A DNA stretch of 55,249 nucleotides, filler included, from Sphacelaria rigidula (GCA_964200075.2; 6 parts of 6 records of this genome joined end to end with filler, not necessarily neighbours in it); one strand, 5' to 3'. Positions 24,283 through 37,662 are shown, counted from the whole stretch's first letter. Made by a program: numbers and translations. Notes: generated from the letters alone by a model not told the origin.

Positions 24283-27200
24283 CCCTTACAGACGGGAGTC
24301 TTGGCCAAAAGGTTTGGGTCCGTGGTCGTGGTGGTGCACACCCACCTGGTGCTTTTTAATGATGGTTTGAGGTGTCGATTGGGGGTTGGGAGGAGTAGTG
24401 ATCAAGGGGGGTGAAGGAAAAAACGAGTTACACCTGCAAGACGGGGACCCCATCAATGCGGTAGGGGGTTGGTTTTCACCATCCGAAACGAAAGATTCAT
24501 GTCGTACAGTGTTCGAGTCCCTCCGTGGTGAGTATACCTTCCCCACCTTGTCTCACAGCCCCAGGCGCAGTGCTCGTGATTGCATCGGTTTGATTGCACC
24601 AATCGCGGTAGTGATGAGATTAACGCGTTAGGGATGCGGTATTCAGGTGGAGGTGAAGGGTAAAGGGATGCACAACAAAAACGGAAAGATGTTGATCGCC
24701 ACGTGCTGTCTCTCGAAAAAATCCATCACAAAACTGTTCCACCCCATCGACTCACTCAATTTTCGGCAAATCTTCGAATAAAAGCGACAGAATATAGCCA
24801 GTACTGGTTGCATCATAATATCCTGACGATCAAGAACCCAGCATTTGTGGTTGGCAAATCGTAACGAGTCTCAGTCATGTTGCAATCACACGCACCTGCG
24901 AGGTGAGTGCAATGGCTGAAGGAGCTTGTCGGCGTGCCGGTCACGGCAATGTTGAAAAATAGTTAAATGGGGTTGTCATGTGCGGAAATGATAATAATTA
25001 CTGGCCGAACCGAAGCAAACCCAGCGCCGGCGCGCACCAGTCGAAAAACAACCCTGTCGCACCTGGAGGAACGAACAATTTTTGTTGGTGTTGCACTACA
25101 ACAAGCGAGGGGAAGAACAACAAGCAGCACTGTCCTCACATGGTGCCCTCGCCACATAATACCACGTGAATCTAGATCTCACCTTCTACGCTAAGATTAT
25201 GGGTGAGGACCGGAAGTTGAGCCCTTGTCTCCTGTTGCAGATGTAGGATTGGAGCGATTGAAGGGTGCTTTCTTGATCAAGTCTGTCGCAGGTGGGGATG
25301 GCAGTAGTACGGCAATCTTATTATTCCTAAAAAGTCGAAAAACGCCTCTCGTTGAAACCGAAAACAGTTTGTTCCGGTTCGGTGTTGATCGAAAGTACTG
25401 CTCCCTGCTACTGTCTGTATTATCATGTTTCCCCTGTCCCTCCACCCTCCACACTCTACTCCCAACCACTTGTATTTCATATTGCACATGTGCACTATCG
25501 TATGACGTTTGCAGACACGTGGTAGTCATAATGGTCAGCTTGCACACATCCTGTGAAGAGTGACATTCTTCCACGCCACACCCTTTCGACCGAAGATTGC
25601 TACACTGAAACCCACAGAGTGGTGAACGGAGCCATCGATTTTATTGGGAAAAGTTCGATTAGCCTGTCTGAATGTCGCCAGCAGACGATTATGGTTCAGG
25701 TGTCAGGTGCCGGAAACTTTTCACTCTAATACAGTCTGCACCGCACTTTTCTGCGCCGTTGTGGTGAAGCTTGTAAACCTCGTACAACCCCTGTCGAAAA
25801 TTATTACGAATGTTTCACATTTAAGATGGGAGACGCATTCATTTTGCTGGGAGTAGATGACTAGGGTAGCAGCGGTGCCGGTGGTACCCAGGGCGGCCGT
25901 CTCACTATTTACTGTCCAGATTATCTAGAGGATAACAGCCAACAGGGTTTTTTCCGCTCTCGATCTCCTCCCCAGATTTTGGACAGCGCCGCAGCTGTGT
26001 GAAATGAGCAGCGGGTACCCGGCGCTTACCAATTACTGACTGTCCGTTGCTCTGCCTGGGCTGAACGCACTGCATGCACTTTCTATATGTAGTCATCAGT
26101 ACATGTTCCTACACATTACATGATGATCGCTGGCATCGTCATGTCGGAAAAAGTTATTTCGATCGTGCCAACTTGACAAAAATGGATTACACTCACCACA
26201 AGTAACCACAACGCAATGCGCAGGCATGAAACGTTTTTTCTGTACAACGACGAGAAAATGGTTCTATACACACACCGCGGGAAAACAATGAGATTTCATT
26301 AAACACAGACACACATTCCTCAAGAAGGGTGTTCCTCGAAGACCACAAGTTATAGGAGTATGCACCCTACTAGGATAGCATCATGGCGGTCTACCTCTTA
26401 TAAGAGAGAGATTTGGCGAATGTTTTCTCGCATTTTAGGGTCAGACTGCGAAAGAAAAAGCCGATCACGGTACATGTTCTACTATTATTATTATTAATAA
26501 TGTGGTGTGACAAATATTTCGGAGTAAACTTTCACATTTTCGGAGAGAGAGGGTCGGTTTGGAGCCCTCCACTCTAAACACCGGTGTGTGCGTGTTCCAT
26601 CGCGGAACGAAAAAGACAACCTCTACCACAGCCACCCTGCGCGGTCACAGCCACTCGACAATCATCATACCCGAACAAACAAGTGAGACATCCATTACAA
26701 CTGTCATGCTCATCGCAATGGACCATTCACGAAGTAGCAATGCTTGGCATCGCGATGAGAGGACCTCCCTGACGCCGCCATTGGAGCAGCATTCGCTTGG
26801 TTGTGTTGCATGAAATTCACGTGTAATTCACGTGAAATTCACGTGCACAGCGAGTACAAGACGTTCCCTTTGGTGCAGTTTCTAATCGTACGCACTCATA
26901 TATTTACCGTTATAGTATACGACTACGTAAGGCATTTCGAAACTTTTGAGATATGGGATTTTTACAGGTGAAAATCGCCGGCTAGATCGGAGGTCCGAGG
27001 TTCTGCTGAGAAGTATCATATATATATACGCCGTTCTTGGACCCAGGAAAACAGCAGCGAAAAGGAAAAACGCGGGTGATCGACCGGAATTAATTCCCCA
27101 GAAATCCTTCACGCTGTTTTTTCGAGTTGGACCCTGAAATATTTGCACACTGATATATTCTTGAGATATCGAGATGGACTGTATGAATGTTCATTTTTGC

Positions 27201-27449
27201 CAGACACCCGGGGTCGCAGGAGGCGGTGTCTTCTGCACGTCGCCTCCTGGCTGGGACCCTGGATATCTGGCAAAGAAAATGAAAAACCCCATTTTTATGC
27301 AACCCTTGCAGATATCTCAGAGCATCCTCCGGAACAGCCGAACAGCAAATATTTGAGTATGGAGCTTTTCATCGAGGATGAGAAGCCGGAGATTTGAAAT
27401 CTTCGCATCCACACCAAATCTTCGAAATATGGTTAGATTCCTTCACCTA

Positions 27450-27575
27450 CGAGCTGGGCCAGTCCAGAAACGGATTTAACCTGGCAGAGCAATAATATCT
27501 CATCACCAAAAACGAATTGGGCCGTGGTCCGCATATCGTATTGATCGTCGAAGCAAGGGGAAGGTGCCCATCTAC
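27450..27575. mobile_element. End of a TA-flanked MITE (same family as 46333-47179), cut by contig end
   Basis: TA-CGAGCTGGGCCAG terminus. The following ~120 bp are the diverged reverse complement of 47060-47179. Confidence 0.85.
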
Positions 27576-27675
27576 NNNNNNNNNNNNNNNNNNNNNNNNN
27601 NNNNNNNNNNNNNNNNNNNTTAATTAATTAANNNNNNNNNNNNNNNNNNNNNNNNNNNNNNNNNNNNNNNNNNNN
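27576..27675. other. Artificial contig spacer
   Basis: Same N-TTAATTAATTAA-N block. Confidence 0.98.
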
Positions 27676-28381
27676 CGCAAGTGTGGAAGGATGTCTGACA
27701 CACTTATGAGCCTCTTTGTTCGTGCAACCAAATACCCCCCCCCTATCGTGGAATGACTCGTCAGTCGCAGGTTTGTTTTAGAATGTACTATAGCAATAGC
27801 ATATTTTGTGTGAGCGTTGTCGTCATTTCAAGTATCGCGTGTACTTGTCACTGATACGGGTTGCCTCATCTACGTTTCATTCCTCCTGCATTCAACTGAC
27901 AGTGTAGTTGGTCGGTCCATTTCCCCGGTATATCGTGCTCAAAATCGGGCCCCATTCATGGGCGTAACTGTGCTATATTTGAACACACTTGACGGTTAAT
28001 ACTCGTGCGTCAGCCACCCCGATCACCCCATCTGCGTGGATCCGGCCCGTCTGAGTGTATCTGAGTCCCTCGAACGCCCCCCCTGACCTGATCCCTCAGT
28101 GCTTGAAGCTTTCTCTAGAAAAGAATATATGAGGAGGGAGCTCCGCCTTCCGAGCATAAAACCCCTTCGCACAAACTGCAACACATGTGCTCAAAATCTA
28201 ACAGCTTCATTTTATAGACGCCCAGGCCAGGGTACATGCACGTTACATCGGGAAACGCCCTACGACCCCATACCCCACGAAGTAGCGTGGACAGCTTCAT
28301 CCGACATACGTACAAATACATTACGGAAACCATGACCTGAAACGTCTAGAGCTAACTAATAGACACACAAAAAAAAAAACA

Positions 28382-31300
28382 TGTGCCCCCTCGTTGTCCC
28401 CCATACTCGTCAAGGCGATATACCTCTTGAACAACGTGACTGGGAGCATTTTCGTCAGAATATCAAAGTGCTGCCGCTCTGAACCTACGTGCACGATCCT
28501 TACGGCTTTTGCCCTAACCCAGTCCCAAATGATTTCCATTTCACGCCTATGTGCTTGTTGCGATCTTCGCTGAGAGGGTTTCCGGCAAGAGCGTTTGCCT
28601 CTCTCGTTGTCCTAAAGAAATAACAACATCATAGTCCACCGCTCGTCACAGCACAACCCTTGGTCGTATGAAAGACAGGATCGACCTGACAAACATACAT
28701 ACATTCCTTCGCCCCTTTAGCCATTGCCATATACTCAGCCTCAGTGGTGGACAAGGTAACGCAGTGGTGCGTGCGACTGTCACTGGATGCTGCCACTCCT
28801 CCGTACATTATCGCCACCCCGGAAACCATTTGCCTGCCCGTCTCTTTCTTTGCGTAGTCGGCATCGCAGTACACTGAGAACACACTCCCTCCTGTACTGA
28901 ACGTAAAAGCGTGGTTTCTAGTCCCTTTCAGGTATGCTAGCACTTCCAACACTCCTTCCCAGCGCCTCTCACATGAATCATGTGACTGCCGGGCTAGAAC
29001 CCGGGCTGATATGGCTATGTTGGGCCTAGTCACACCAGCCAACCTCATCAATCCTTGTACTGCACTACCGTGGTCTATCTACCACCGTGCCTCCTGCTTA
29101 GCCGGTGCCAAGTCCGCAGAAGTTGAGGCGGGAAAATTATTCTTCTGTTTGCGCCTGCAGGAGTTCCTCCATCTCGTCTATCGCCATTTCTAACCCTTCC
29201 CGGTCAGCTGCCGCTCCTGTCGTACTGCGCGTGTGACCTGCCGTTTGGGGAGATGGAAACAACTCACCGTTGAATGCAGAGGGGCGTAGCTCCGTCCTTT
29301 AAAGTTCAGGAGCTCCACCGCCCCGCCCCGTCGTTGTGCTCGGGGGTGTCGACGGTAACGCCAGCAATGACGACGGGATTGATGTTGAGAGTCGGTGTGG
29401 ACGGTGTTGTTGTCGGCGCCACCGATGACTGCGGTGTAGGCGGCGCCGAGCCCCGATCATCGAGGGGATCTTGAACGGGGTTTTGTGATATCGCTCCGCC
29501 TTCCCCGCCTGCGCAAGGAGATGGTGAAGTCATTTCTGCCCCGCCCCCCGCCATTAGCGGGGGTTCGCGGTGTGGCGTCGTCTGCCCTCCCTTCGGACTT
29601 GGGTAGCGAGAAGGACACAGGTTGGGGACCGCGCTCACGGCTGGGGTTGGCTCTGTGGACTCGCTGCCGGCCGTTGGGATCGCTTGTGCTCTTGTGTGTG
29701 TTGATCTTGGGATGGGCCGTCGGAGTCCTTTCCCCTCCGAGCATCCTCGGCAAGGTCTCATCTCGCCGCGCAGCTCCACTCCGAGCTGCTTAGCTGTTTG
29801 GCGCAGTAAATCGTCGAGTGCGTGGGCGTGATAACAGTGAAAGTCGTAATATCAATGAGTCATTGATATCAACCACTCGGGGGTCGGATGGTGCCCTCAG
29901 GGCAATCACAGCGCAGGCTGACGCGTGCTTGTCGTGGCTTGCTAGATCTAGTCGGTGGGCATACATTTTGAGGAGTTTATGTTGAGTGGTATTCAGGGTG
30001 TTGTCTGACTTCAACTCAATCCTAAAGCCGTCACTTGTTCCGATCTAGGTGCGACCTGCAGTAGAGATCCTAGTCAGTGACCAACGATGGTGACGGATGC
30101 CTGATGTATGGTCTACATTTTCGACGTATAGAACTACACTGCGTCCGTCAGATCTAAAAGCGAGAATCAAATTTCCTCTGCCCACGATCGGGTAAGTACC
30201 GCCGCTCGCACACCACAGTGCCCTATCCCTGCATTCTCAGTACTCTGTCATCTTACTAAAATCTGGCGGAAAATGCTGGATTGCCCCCGTGTCAAACACC
30301 TACGGTCCGCCCCCATCTTGCTGCTCTACATCCTCCTTCTAAACAACGAAAGCACACTCGCCTATGGGTGTCTTCGGCGGCCTTCGTCATGTTAATGCTA
30401 GTGAAAGCCTCCGCATCAGCATTCAAACGATGTGGAGTCGTCGTCGACGACGTCGCTCACCACGTCCACCGCCATGACCACATCCTCTCAAGACTTTGGG
30501 TAGTCAAGTAGCTGGTTCCCTTCCATTCTGCACTTTCCACAGTACCTGCTGGACAGTCTCTCGACCATTGTGTCGTCATCTTCTGACAGATGTGGCATGG
30601 CCACGTCGTCGTAGCTCCCGACGGCTATTCGGCGGTGGAGTCGACGACTGGCTGCTTTTTCCCTGGTCCCCGCTGCCACCGCGACCTGGGTCCTGGCTCT
30701 TCCCCGGTGTTCCTTTCCGGCGCAAGCCGTTAGTTCTTCCGGGTTGACCCTTGGCAGCAAAGACCTGGTCGCCTGAGGAAGTCGTTTTTCCCTTGACGAG
30801 TTCCTGCTAGAAACTTGTCGATCCGAAACGATTTTTGACGCGACCCCACCACGATTTCTCTCGTGAGTGGGCCCTCCCGGTAATCCAGTACTTGCCTCTG
30901 GAAAATGTAATCCGGGGGGAGAACAGTCACAAATTTAGGGAGGGTTTGGGCCTCCGTCAGCTTGATGTAGTTGTCATATGATCTCAACTGCCTCGCCACT
31001 TCTTCCATCTCGATCAGGTTTTGGATCGGGTCATCACAAACGCCAATCTTCACATCACCATACTTCTCTAGCAGTGCCAATCTAGCCCCGTTCGTCTTGG
31101 GGCTGTAGAACTCGTTCAGTTAACGCCGCACACCTGCAGGAAAAGGAATTTGGAACATAATATGTCGGTCCCTTTTGTGGTCCAGACTCGCCACTAACAT
31201 CTGCCTTGCTCCAATCTTTGCTGCTATCATGTCTCTTCCGTGCCTTGCGTCTAGGAAATAAACGGACAGCTCCGTGTTCCCCACCTCCACATTGTGCAAA

Positions 31301-31700
31301 CAATCGCCTGACATGGTGAAAACCCAACCAACTCTCTCGCTTCTCGCGGAATGATGAGTCCGTGTTTGTAGTGGACACAATTCTGCATTTTTTCCAGAAA
31401 ACTTCGCAGCGGTAGCCTTAAAAATCAACAACGTTTTGGACACTTGGTCGATCATGGCCGTACACAGTGACAGACTCACGTGCGGGATCCATACCCCTTG
31501 CTCCGTCACTTCCAGCTCTGTGGTCGCTCCCGCTCGGGGCTCCCTGCTCGCCTTCGCGACTGCGTCAGCGGCCTCAAGATGCGCCGGGGTTGGCTGAGCT
31601 ATCAGCCGGGTGATTTTGCATCGCGATCTCCTCCAGGAGACCCTTCGCTCTCGATGACGCCGCTCCACCGCCCCCCACGGGACTTTTGGTCGCCTTCGAA
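28382..31700 (-). mobile_element. Degenerate, internally deleted Ty1/copia LTR retrotransposon
   Basis: Copia domain order on the minus strand: gag (DDPIQNLIEMEEVARQL...LPPDY), degenerate Zn-knuckle (CGKCRMEG), protease (VFDTGA at ~30290), GAG-pre-integrase (LRQTAKQLGVELRGEMRPCRGC..GK), RT C-terminus (TRPNIA...LAYLKGT) and RNase H (YCDADYA...VTLSTTEAEY...HFDILTK). Polypurine tract GAGGGGGCACA followed by TG at ~28382. Stops and frameshifts throughout. Confidence 0.9.
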
Positions 31701-32781
31701 ACCATCTACTCTACTCTGTAATATAGTTTACCTTGAGTGTACGTCCCTAACAAAACAAATTGGTATTTTTTCTTGGCCGACACAGTTACTGACTGTTACC
31801 ATGACGAATGTGTTGATGTTCACAGTGTTCGGGTCGCGCTCAAAAAAAGATGCGATAATATATTTTCCCGACCGACTGTATTCACCATCAGAGGTGGACA
31901 CGAGTGAAGCTGTAGAGGGATGTTTGTCATCAGAACATTTGTATGGGCGCATGATGCATATTGCTGAACAGCCGATATGCATTTCAGTCACATCCCCGAG
32001 ACCAGTGAGCACAGACTTGCGATAGCCAATGAGGAACGCCGCGTATCCTGACACACAACAAATCTACACGTTGCCCCTGTCTCGACTTTTTCGGTAAGCC
32101 TTGCAGGATCCGAACGTGCTACTGCTTGCTCGGTCAGGCAATCATTTCACAAGTCTCTAAAATCCTTCAATAGAACGTTGGTTCGATAAGGAGCTAAACC
32201 CGGAGTGGGTAAGACTTCGCCAGTCGTGGAAAGGCATGTTTGTGTGGAAGCAGAAGAACACATGCAGCTAGTGTAAGGAAAACACAGGTGCTGCGTACAA
32301 AGACCATTTTTCTGGGGTTCCGGTCCCCGGAGATTTGAGTTGCACAGTAATAAGCCCCATGTATTTGGGCTCCTACAAAAAAAAGAGACCCAGAAACGAA
32401 ACTTGCAACCCCTACCGTAGCATTGCTTCACCCTACAATTGTTTTGTGTGTTTACAAAAAATGCAGTGTAGTCGCCTGACTCGTCTTGCCGTGACGAAGC
32501 CGCGTTGACTCGAAAATGAATCAACCTCTCAACGGTTTGGCGCCGAAAACGGCGGCGCTGAAAACACGTAGTTACGCAGAGCACTTTTACCCGTGTACGG
32601 ATGGTGATCCCTGAAAGGTTTTGCCAACCGAAGGGATACGTGGATACTACCGTAAAGAAAGGATAAATTTACACAAGTGTCCGTCGAGGACTCATCACGT
32701 TGTCACACGCATATCCTGCTGTGTTCCAGGTGCATTCCGCCAAGTGGTCACCTGGTCAGCATTCAACAGCCGTTTGAGGGA

Positions 32782-35226
32782 ATGCCACCTGATCAGCGAC
32801 ACCTGGTGATGTATCGGAAAAGCTGGATCGTCGCACCCGTTCTGCTCGGGATATCCTGTACTTGCGTAACTTCCACTCCTTGCAGCAGCATCGATCCGTC
32901 GCGTGTGTGGGACGTTGAAGATACTGCATCAGCCGCAGCTCTGGCTGCCGCAGTCAACTGCTCTGGTGGAGTGTTTGATGTGAAATGGACAGGAAACGTC
33001 GTCGTGGAAAGCGAAATTCATGTAGGGGCTGGGACTTCCCTAAACATAGCTGGAAGTGATTCGGAGGCCGGAATGGAGGGGGGAGGTAGTAATCGACTTG
33101 TCAAAGTCGACAACGCGTTCTTGAATGTAAGCAACATGACCATCAGCAACGGCAATGCAGCCTTTGGCGGAGCAATCGCTTGTGATGGCTCGAGCATGTC
33201 GTTCTACCAGACTTCTTTCATCGACAACGTCGCCACACAGGGAAATGGTGGAGCTCTCTATGTTGCCAACAGCTCGGCCGTTTCGTGGAGCGGTCTTACA
33301 ACGTTCGTCGGCAATAGCGCTTATGATGGCGGCGGTGCTGCTTTCATTGGTGACAGCTCCAGCGTTTCATGGAGAGGAAATACATCGTTTTCTAATAACA
33401 CTGGTCATCAGGGAGGCGCAATGTATGTAGAAAACAACTCCACTGTATCCTGGGGAGCGGAAACATCGTTTGACGGGAACGTTGCAGAGTTTACGGGGGG
33501 CGCCGTGAATGTGAACAACGGATCAACTGTATCGTGGGAAGCGACAACGTCGTTCTCCAGCAACAGCGGACAGTGGGGTGGAGGCGTGCATGTACAAACA
33601 CATTCGATGATATCCTGGGAAGCAGAGACTCTGTTTGCCGGCAATCACGCACCGTCCGATGGTGGTGGAGCTGGGTTGGACGTGTGCGACAATTCAAGCG
33701 CATCGTGGAGGGCGACGACGAGGTTCATTGGCAATAATGCTAGCCTGCACGGCGGAGCGATACAAGTCAACGCCTCCTCGATATCGTGGGAAGCGAGGAC
33801 TGATTTTGCCGGCAATTTCGCAGGAAAGAGCAATGGAGGCGCTGTCTACCTTCTTGACGGCGCGAATGCATCCTGGACAGGGAAAACATCATTCTCAAAC
33901 AACAGCGCTGTTTATGGGGGCGCCCTTTCGTCTCACGGCTCCCGTGCATCGTGGGAGGCAGAGACGTCGTTCGTCGGCAATTATGCAACTCGTTCTGGAG
34001 GCGCTTTGGATATGTACAAGAATTCCGCTATATCATGGGAGGGGAAAACGTCCTTCTCCAACAATAGCGCTGAAAATGGGGGTGCTGTGATCGCCGGCGA
34101 GGGCTGCCATGTATCTTGGGAGGCAGAGACGTCGTTTATTGGCAATTTTGTAACTTATTCTGGAGGCGCTTTGAACATGTTCACGAATTCTGCTGTGTCG
34201 TGGAAAGGAAAAACGTCCTTCTCGGACAATAACGCTACTTATGGGGGTGCGGTGATCACTAGCGAGGGCTCCAGTGCATCTTGGGAAGCAGAGACGTCGT
34301 TTATCGGCAACTCTGCAGTTATTTCTGGAGGCGCTTTGAATATCTACAAGAATTCCGAGGTGTCGTGGGTAGGGAAAACATCCTTCTCCAACAATTCCGC
34401 TCTCTCTAGGGGAGGAGGGGCGGTCTACGCGTTGAACCGCTCTGTTGTGTCGTGGGAAGCGGAGACTAATTTTGCGGGCAACTCTGCTAATACAGCGGGT
34501 GGTGCCGTGCTTATTGAATACGGTTCCAGTATATCTTGGGGAGCGAGCACCTTCTTCTTCCACAACGCTGCAGGTGCATCAGGAGGTGCCGTTTCGTTGT
34601 CGTCGTCAAATGAGAACAGTGAAAGTATCATGTCATCCATCGTCATCAACGGCTCCACTACGTTCGTCGAGAACCGCTGCAGGGCTGGTGGAGGGGCGAT
34701 GGCCCTTGTCGGCGTGATATCTACACGCTTCAGTGCGACAACCATCACATTCACTCAGAATTCTGCGGATTTTGCCGGGGGGGCAGTATTCGTTGCAGGT
34801 GTAGAGACTGGGCCACAATTTATCGGTGTTACGTTCACTTCGAACTCTGCCGGTACAGGTGGAGCGGTGTCCGTTACAGGTAGCGGAACGGTGGTCACGG
34901 ACTATGAGTTCGTGGCTCCTACCACGTTCGACCAATGTAGTTTCTCCCGTAACGAGGCAAAGATAACGGGCGGTGCGGTGGAGAGCGGAGCAGGTCAAGA
35001 CAAGTTTACCAACACATTGTTTCGTGGCAACGCTGCACAAGCTGGGGGGGCTTTGAGTCTCGCTGGCACGGCATATATTTCCAACTGTACATTTATAGAG
35101 AACACTTCGGCCGAGGACGAGGGACCGGCGATCTCCAACACGGGTTCGATTACATCCGTTAGAAACACTTCCTTCGCCGACAACGTGTTTTTGTGCGAGC
35201 CCGAGACGTTTCTCGACTATAACATG
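32782..35226 (+). CDS. Pmp (polymorphic membrane protein)-repeat / beta-helix surface protein, exon 1
   Basis: Signal-like N-terminus (ATG at 32782 or 32809). Many F..N.A...GGA repeats. GTGAGA donor after YNM. Confidence 0.9.
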
Positions 35227-35356
35227 GTGAGACTACTCGTACTGTAATCACGACTTCTATTCCAACCTAATTATCATGATGAATGCAATACCAGTGCGTT
35301 TTCGGGCCGAATCACGATGAATGGCGCCACGTCGTACGTCTTTTGTGGCACTGCAG

Positions 35357-35636
35357 TCGGGAAATTTCTTCGAAACCGTCTGCGACGGATGTCGGACGCC
35401 ATGCACCGAATGCGAAGTTGATGCCGGCGAAATCAAGACTCCGGTGTGTCTACCGGAGCTCGAGAATTCAGCGAGTGCGGGTGGAACCGATACTCTGCAG
35501 ATGCTGTCGATCGACAAAGGTTACTGGCGAACCACGGCAAACAGTGCAGACGTGCGACCGTGCTATAACGGCGATGCGTGCGTCGGGGGAAGAACAGGAA
35601 GTGCCGGTTATTGTCGAGACGGATACAAAGGACCAT
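35357..35636 (+). CDS. Pmp-repeat protein, exon 2 (Cys-rich region)
   Basis: CAG acceptor. SGNFFETVCDGC...GYWRT...CYNGDACVGG...YCRDGYKGP. GT donor, phase 1. Confidence 0.85.
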
Positions 35637-36012
35637 GTGAGAATCGACTGGTTCCGTTGTGTTGTGTGTGTCGTGTCTTTTTCGTGTGTGACGGAGGTCC
35701 GAGTGAACGTGGTGTGTGTCGCACCCTGCATCACGTGTATTCCGACCATTGGGTCATTCGCGTTCGAGATTGCGTTTGCGTGCTGTTTGGCTTGTCCATC
35801 GACGCTTCCCAGCGTATGCCATCTGTCTTGAGGCAGCACGAACACCTTTGGTAGCAATCTTGGTCCACAATGACCTTTGCGATAGAGGAGAGGTCGCCAC
35901 TGCAAACGTTTCACATTAGGCTGATAATAATGCAACCGTCTCCTCAATTGTCTACACGATCCTAATAAAGCAGTATCCGTTGACGTCATCCTTGGGGGTC
36001 TCTGGTGCGCAG

Positions 36013-36266
36013 ATTGTTCTATTTGCGACGCAGGTTTCACTTCGGGACCAGGTTATACTTGCCACAGCTGCTCCGATGCTACCGGTGGCTTGGTACTAGC
36101 GTATATCCTTGCCGTGTTGGCCTTTGTTGCGCTCGCTACCTTCCTCCTCTACATGGTGTTTCCGGAGTCGGTGCGTGGGGACCGCAGAAATGCAGCTCGC
36201 ATAGTGAGACTGGTTCCGCTCCAGTCTCTGAAGATCATCATCGTCGCGTGGCAAATCTTGACGCAG
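36013..36266 (+). CDS. Pmp-repeat protein, exon 3 (Cys motif plus first transmembrane segments; gene truncated)
   Basis: T+AT=Tyr gives GPYCSICDAGF...CHSC, then hydrophobic LVLAYILAVLAFVALATFLLYMVF and LKIIIVAWQILTQ. GTGAGA donor. Confidence 0.85.
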
Positions 36267-36714
36267 GTGAGATGAGAGGAATTTGGTGTCGCTCACATTC
36301 GTAGGCCTCATCAGAGCCGGGTATCGACCCCAGATGACCGACACGAAACGGCGCAAAGCGGAACGTCACGGTGACAAGAGTGGACGCTGTGAGGCCTTGC
36401 ATATTTTGCACCGACAGTTGTCGCCCCCACGCTACCGTACAAAGGGTCCGTAACTACCACCTCTGAGGGCGGTTTCAAATCCGGTAGAATGATCGCCAAG
36501 TGAAGCGCATTCGAGTGCCACTCAGATACAGGTGGAGACAAGCCGACGCATGCCCCCCGTTGATTGACATGGAGTTCATACACGAATATAGAGTCTAGCG
36601 CATTCCTCCCAACCGCCGTGTGAAAGTTACCTGCCATCTCACCTCTTCTTCCGAGTCACACATGCTCTTTTCGTATTTCATCAGCTTCCCTGCGCCTCAC
36701 CCAGTTCCCCCAAC

Positions 36715-36750
<36 letters not shown>

Positions 36751-36800
36751 CCCCCCCCCCCCACCCCCACCCCCCCCCCACCCACACCCCCCCCCCCCCC

Positions 36801-36900
36801 NNNNNNNNNNNNNNNNNNNNNNNNNNNNNNNNNNNNNNNNNNNNTTAATTAATTAANNNNNNNNNNNNNNNNNNNNNNNNNNNNNNNNNNNNNNNNNNNN
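36801..36900. other. Artificial contig spacer
   Basis: Same N-TTAATTAATTAA-N block. Confidence 0.98.
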
Positions 36901-37413
36901 CTACTGATTATCTTGCATTTGGATAGCTGCCTACAATGAGTTGTACGGTAGGGGGGTGATGAAGTTAAGAGTATCGCGGAGCTTATGCAAAAAGCTGGGA
37001 ACCATGGTCCATACAGTCAGTCAATAGTCGTCTTACCTTGTGTGTTGTCGGTCGGTGTCTTTCAAAACGAAAAAAAAAGCTAAGGAGACACACAGTGGCT
37101 AATACAGAAAGTAGGCCGCTGAGGGTCATTTTTTTCACGCTCCCACACCTTTCGATGTTTGATGTGTGATGTGATGTGATGTGATCGATTGGCTCATGAA
37201 TCGTCGCACATCCATTGATCCCCTACAAACTCACCCGCGGTCAAATTACTGACGGTTGAGTGCAGCAAGACACACACATCGCGAACAAATCAAGTAAATC
37301 ACACCCTTAAACCCACCACATCCGTGCGTCTCAAAACTGGTACGAGCAGTGGTAAGCGCCGTACAATTACACAGCCTCAAGCTTCAAGACGAAATAAAAA
37401 ATAAAAACCCCAC

Positions 37414-37596
37414 CTCTTCATACACGGCCACGGTGAGGCCGGCGCCCGTGAGCCCGTCGAGCGTCTGTTGGACGTTCTTGCGTGGACATCCAGCGCGGAT
37501 CTCTTGCCCCATTTTGTTGAGCCCTGCGTGCTGCATCATCATGACAGCATCCACGCCGTACGTCTCGTAGAACTCCCCAACACGGGTTAGTAACAC
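37414..37596 (-). CDS. MSH1: Plant-type MSH1, MutS domain I exon (exon 4)
   Basis: 61 codons, CAG/GT: VLLTRVGEFYETYGVDAVMMMQHAGLN...RAGCPRKNVQQTLDGLT..GLTVAVYEE. Contains the FxE mismatch-recognition motif and the AGLN/AGCP/QTLD.LT signature of plant MSH1. Confidence 0.92.
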
Positions 37597-37662
37597 CTGT
37601 TGCGTGAATATGTGCGATTGTGCGCCACGCATGTTTTTCATGCTTGTCAGGAGGGGGAGGGG

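Noticed and set aside
24963-25157. Signal-peptide-like ORF MWRGHHVRTVLLVVLPLACCSA
   Set aside because: No supported downstream exon, and exon 24129-24282 already supplies the signal peptide.
36717-36800. Polyproline ORF end
   Set aside because: Low-quality poly(C) tract at a contig end, inside an intron.
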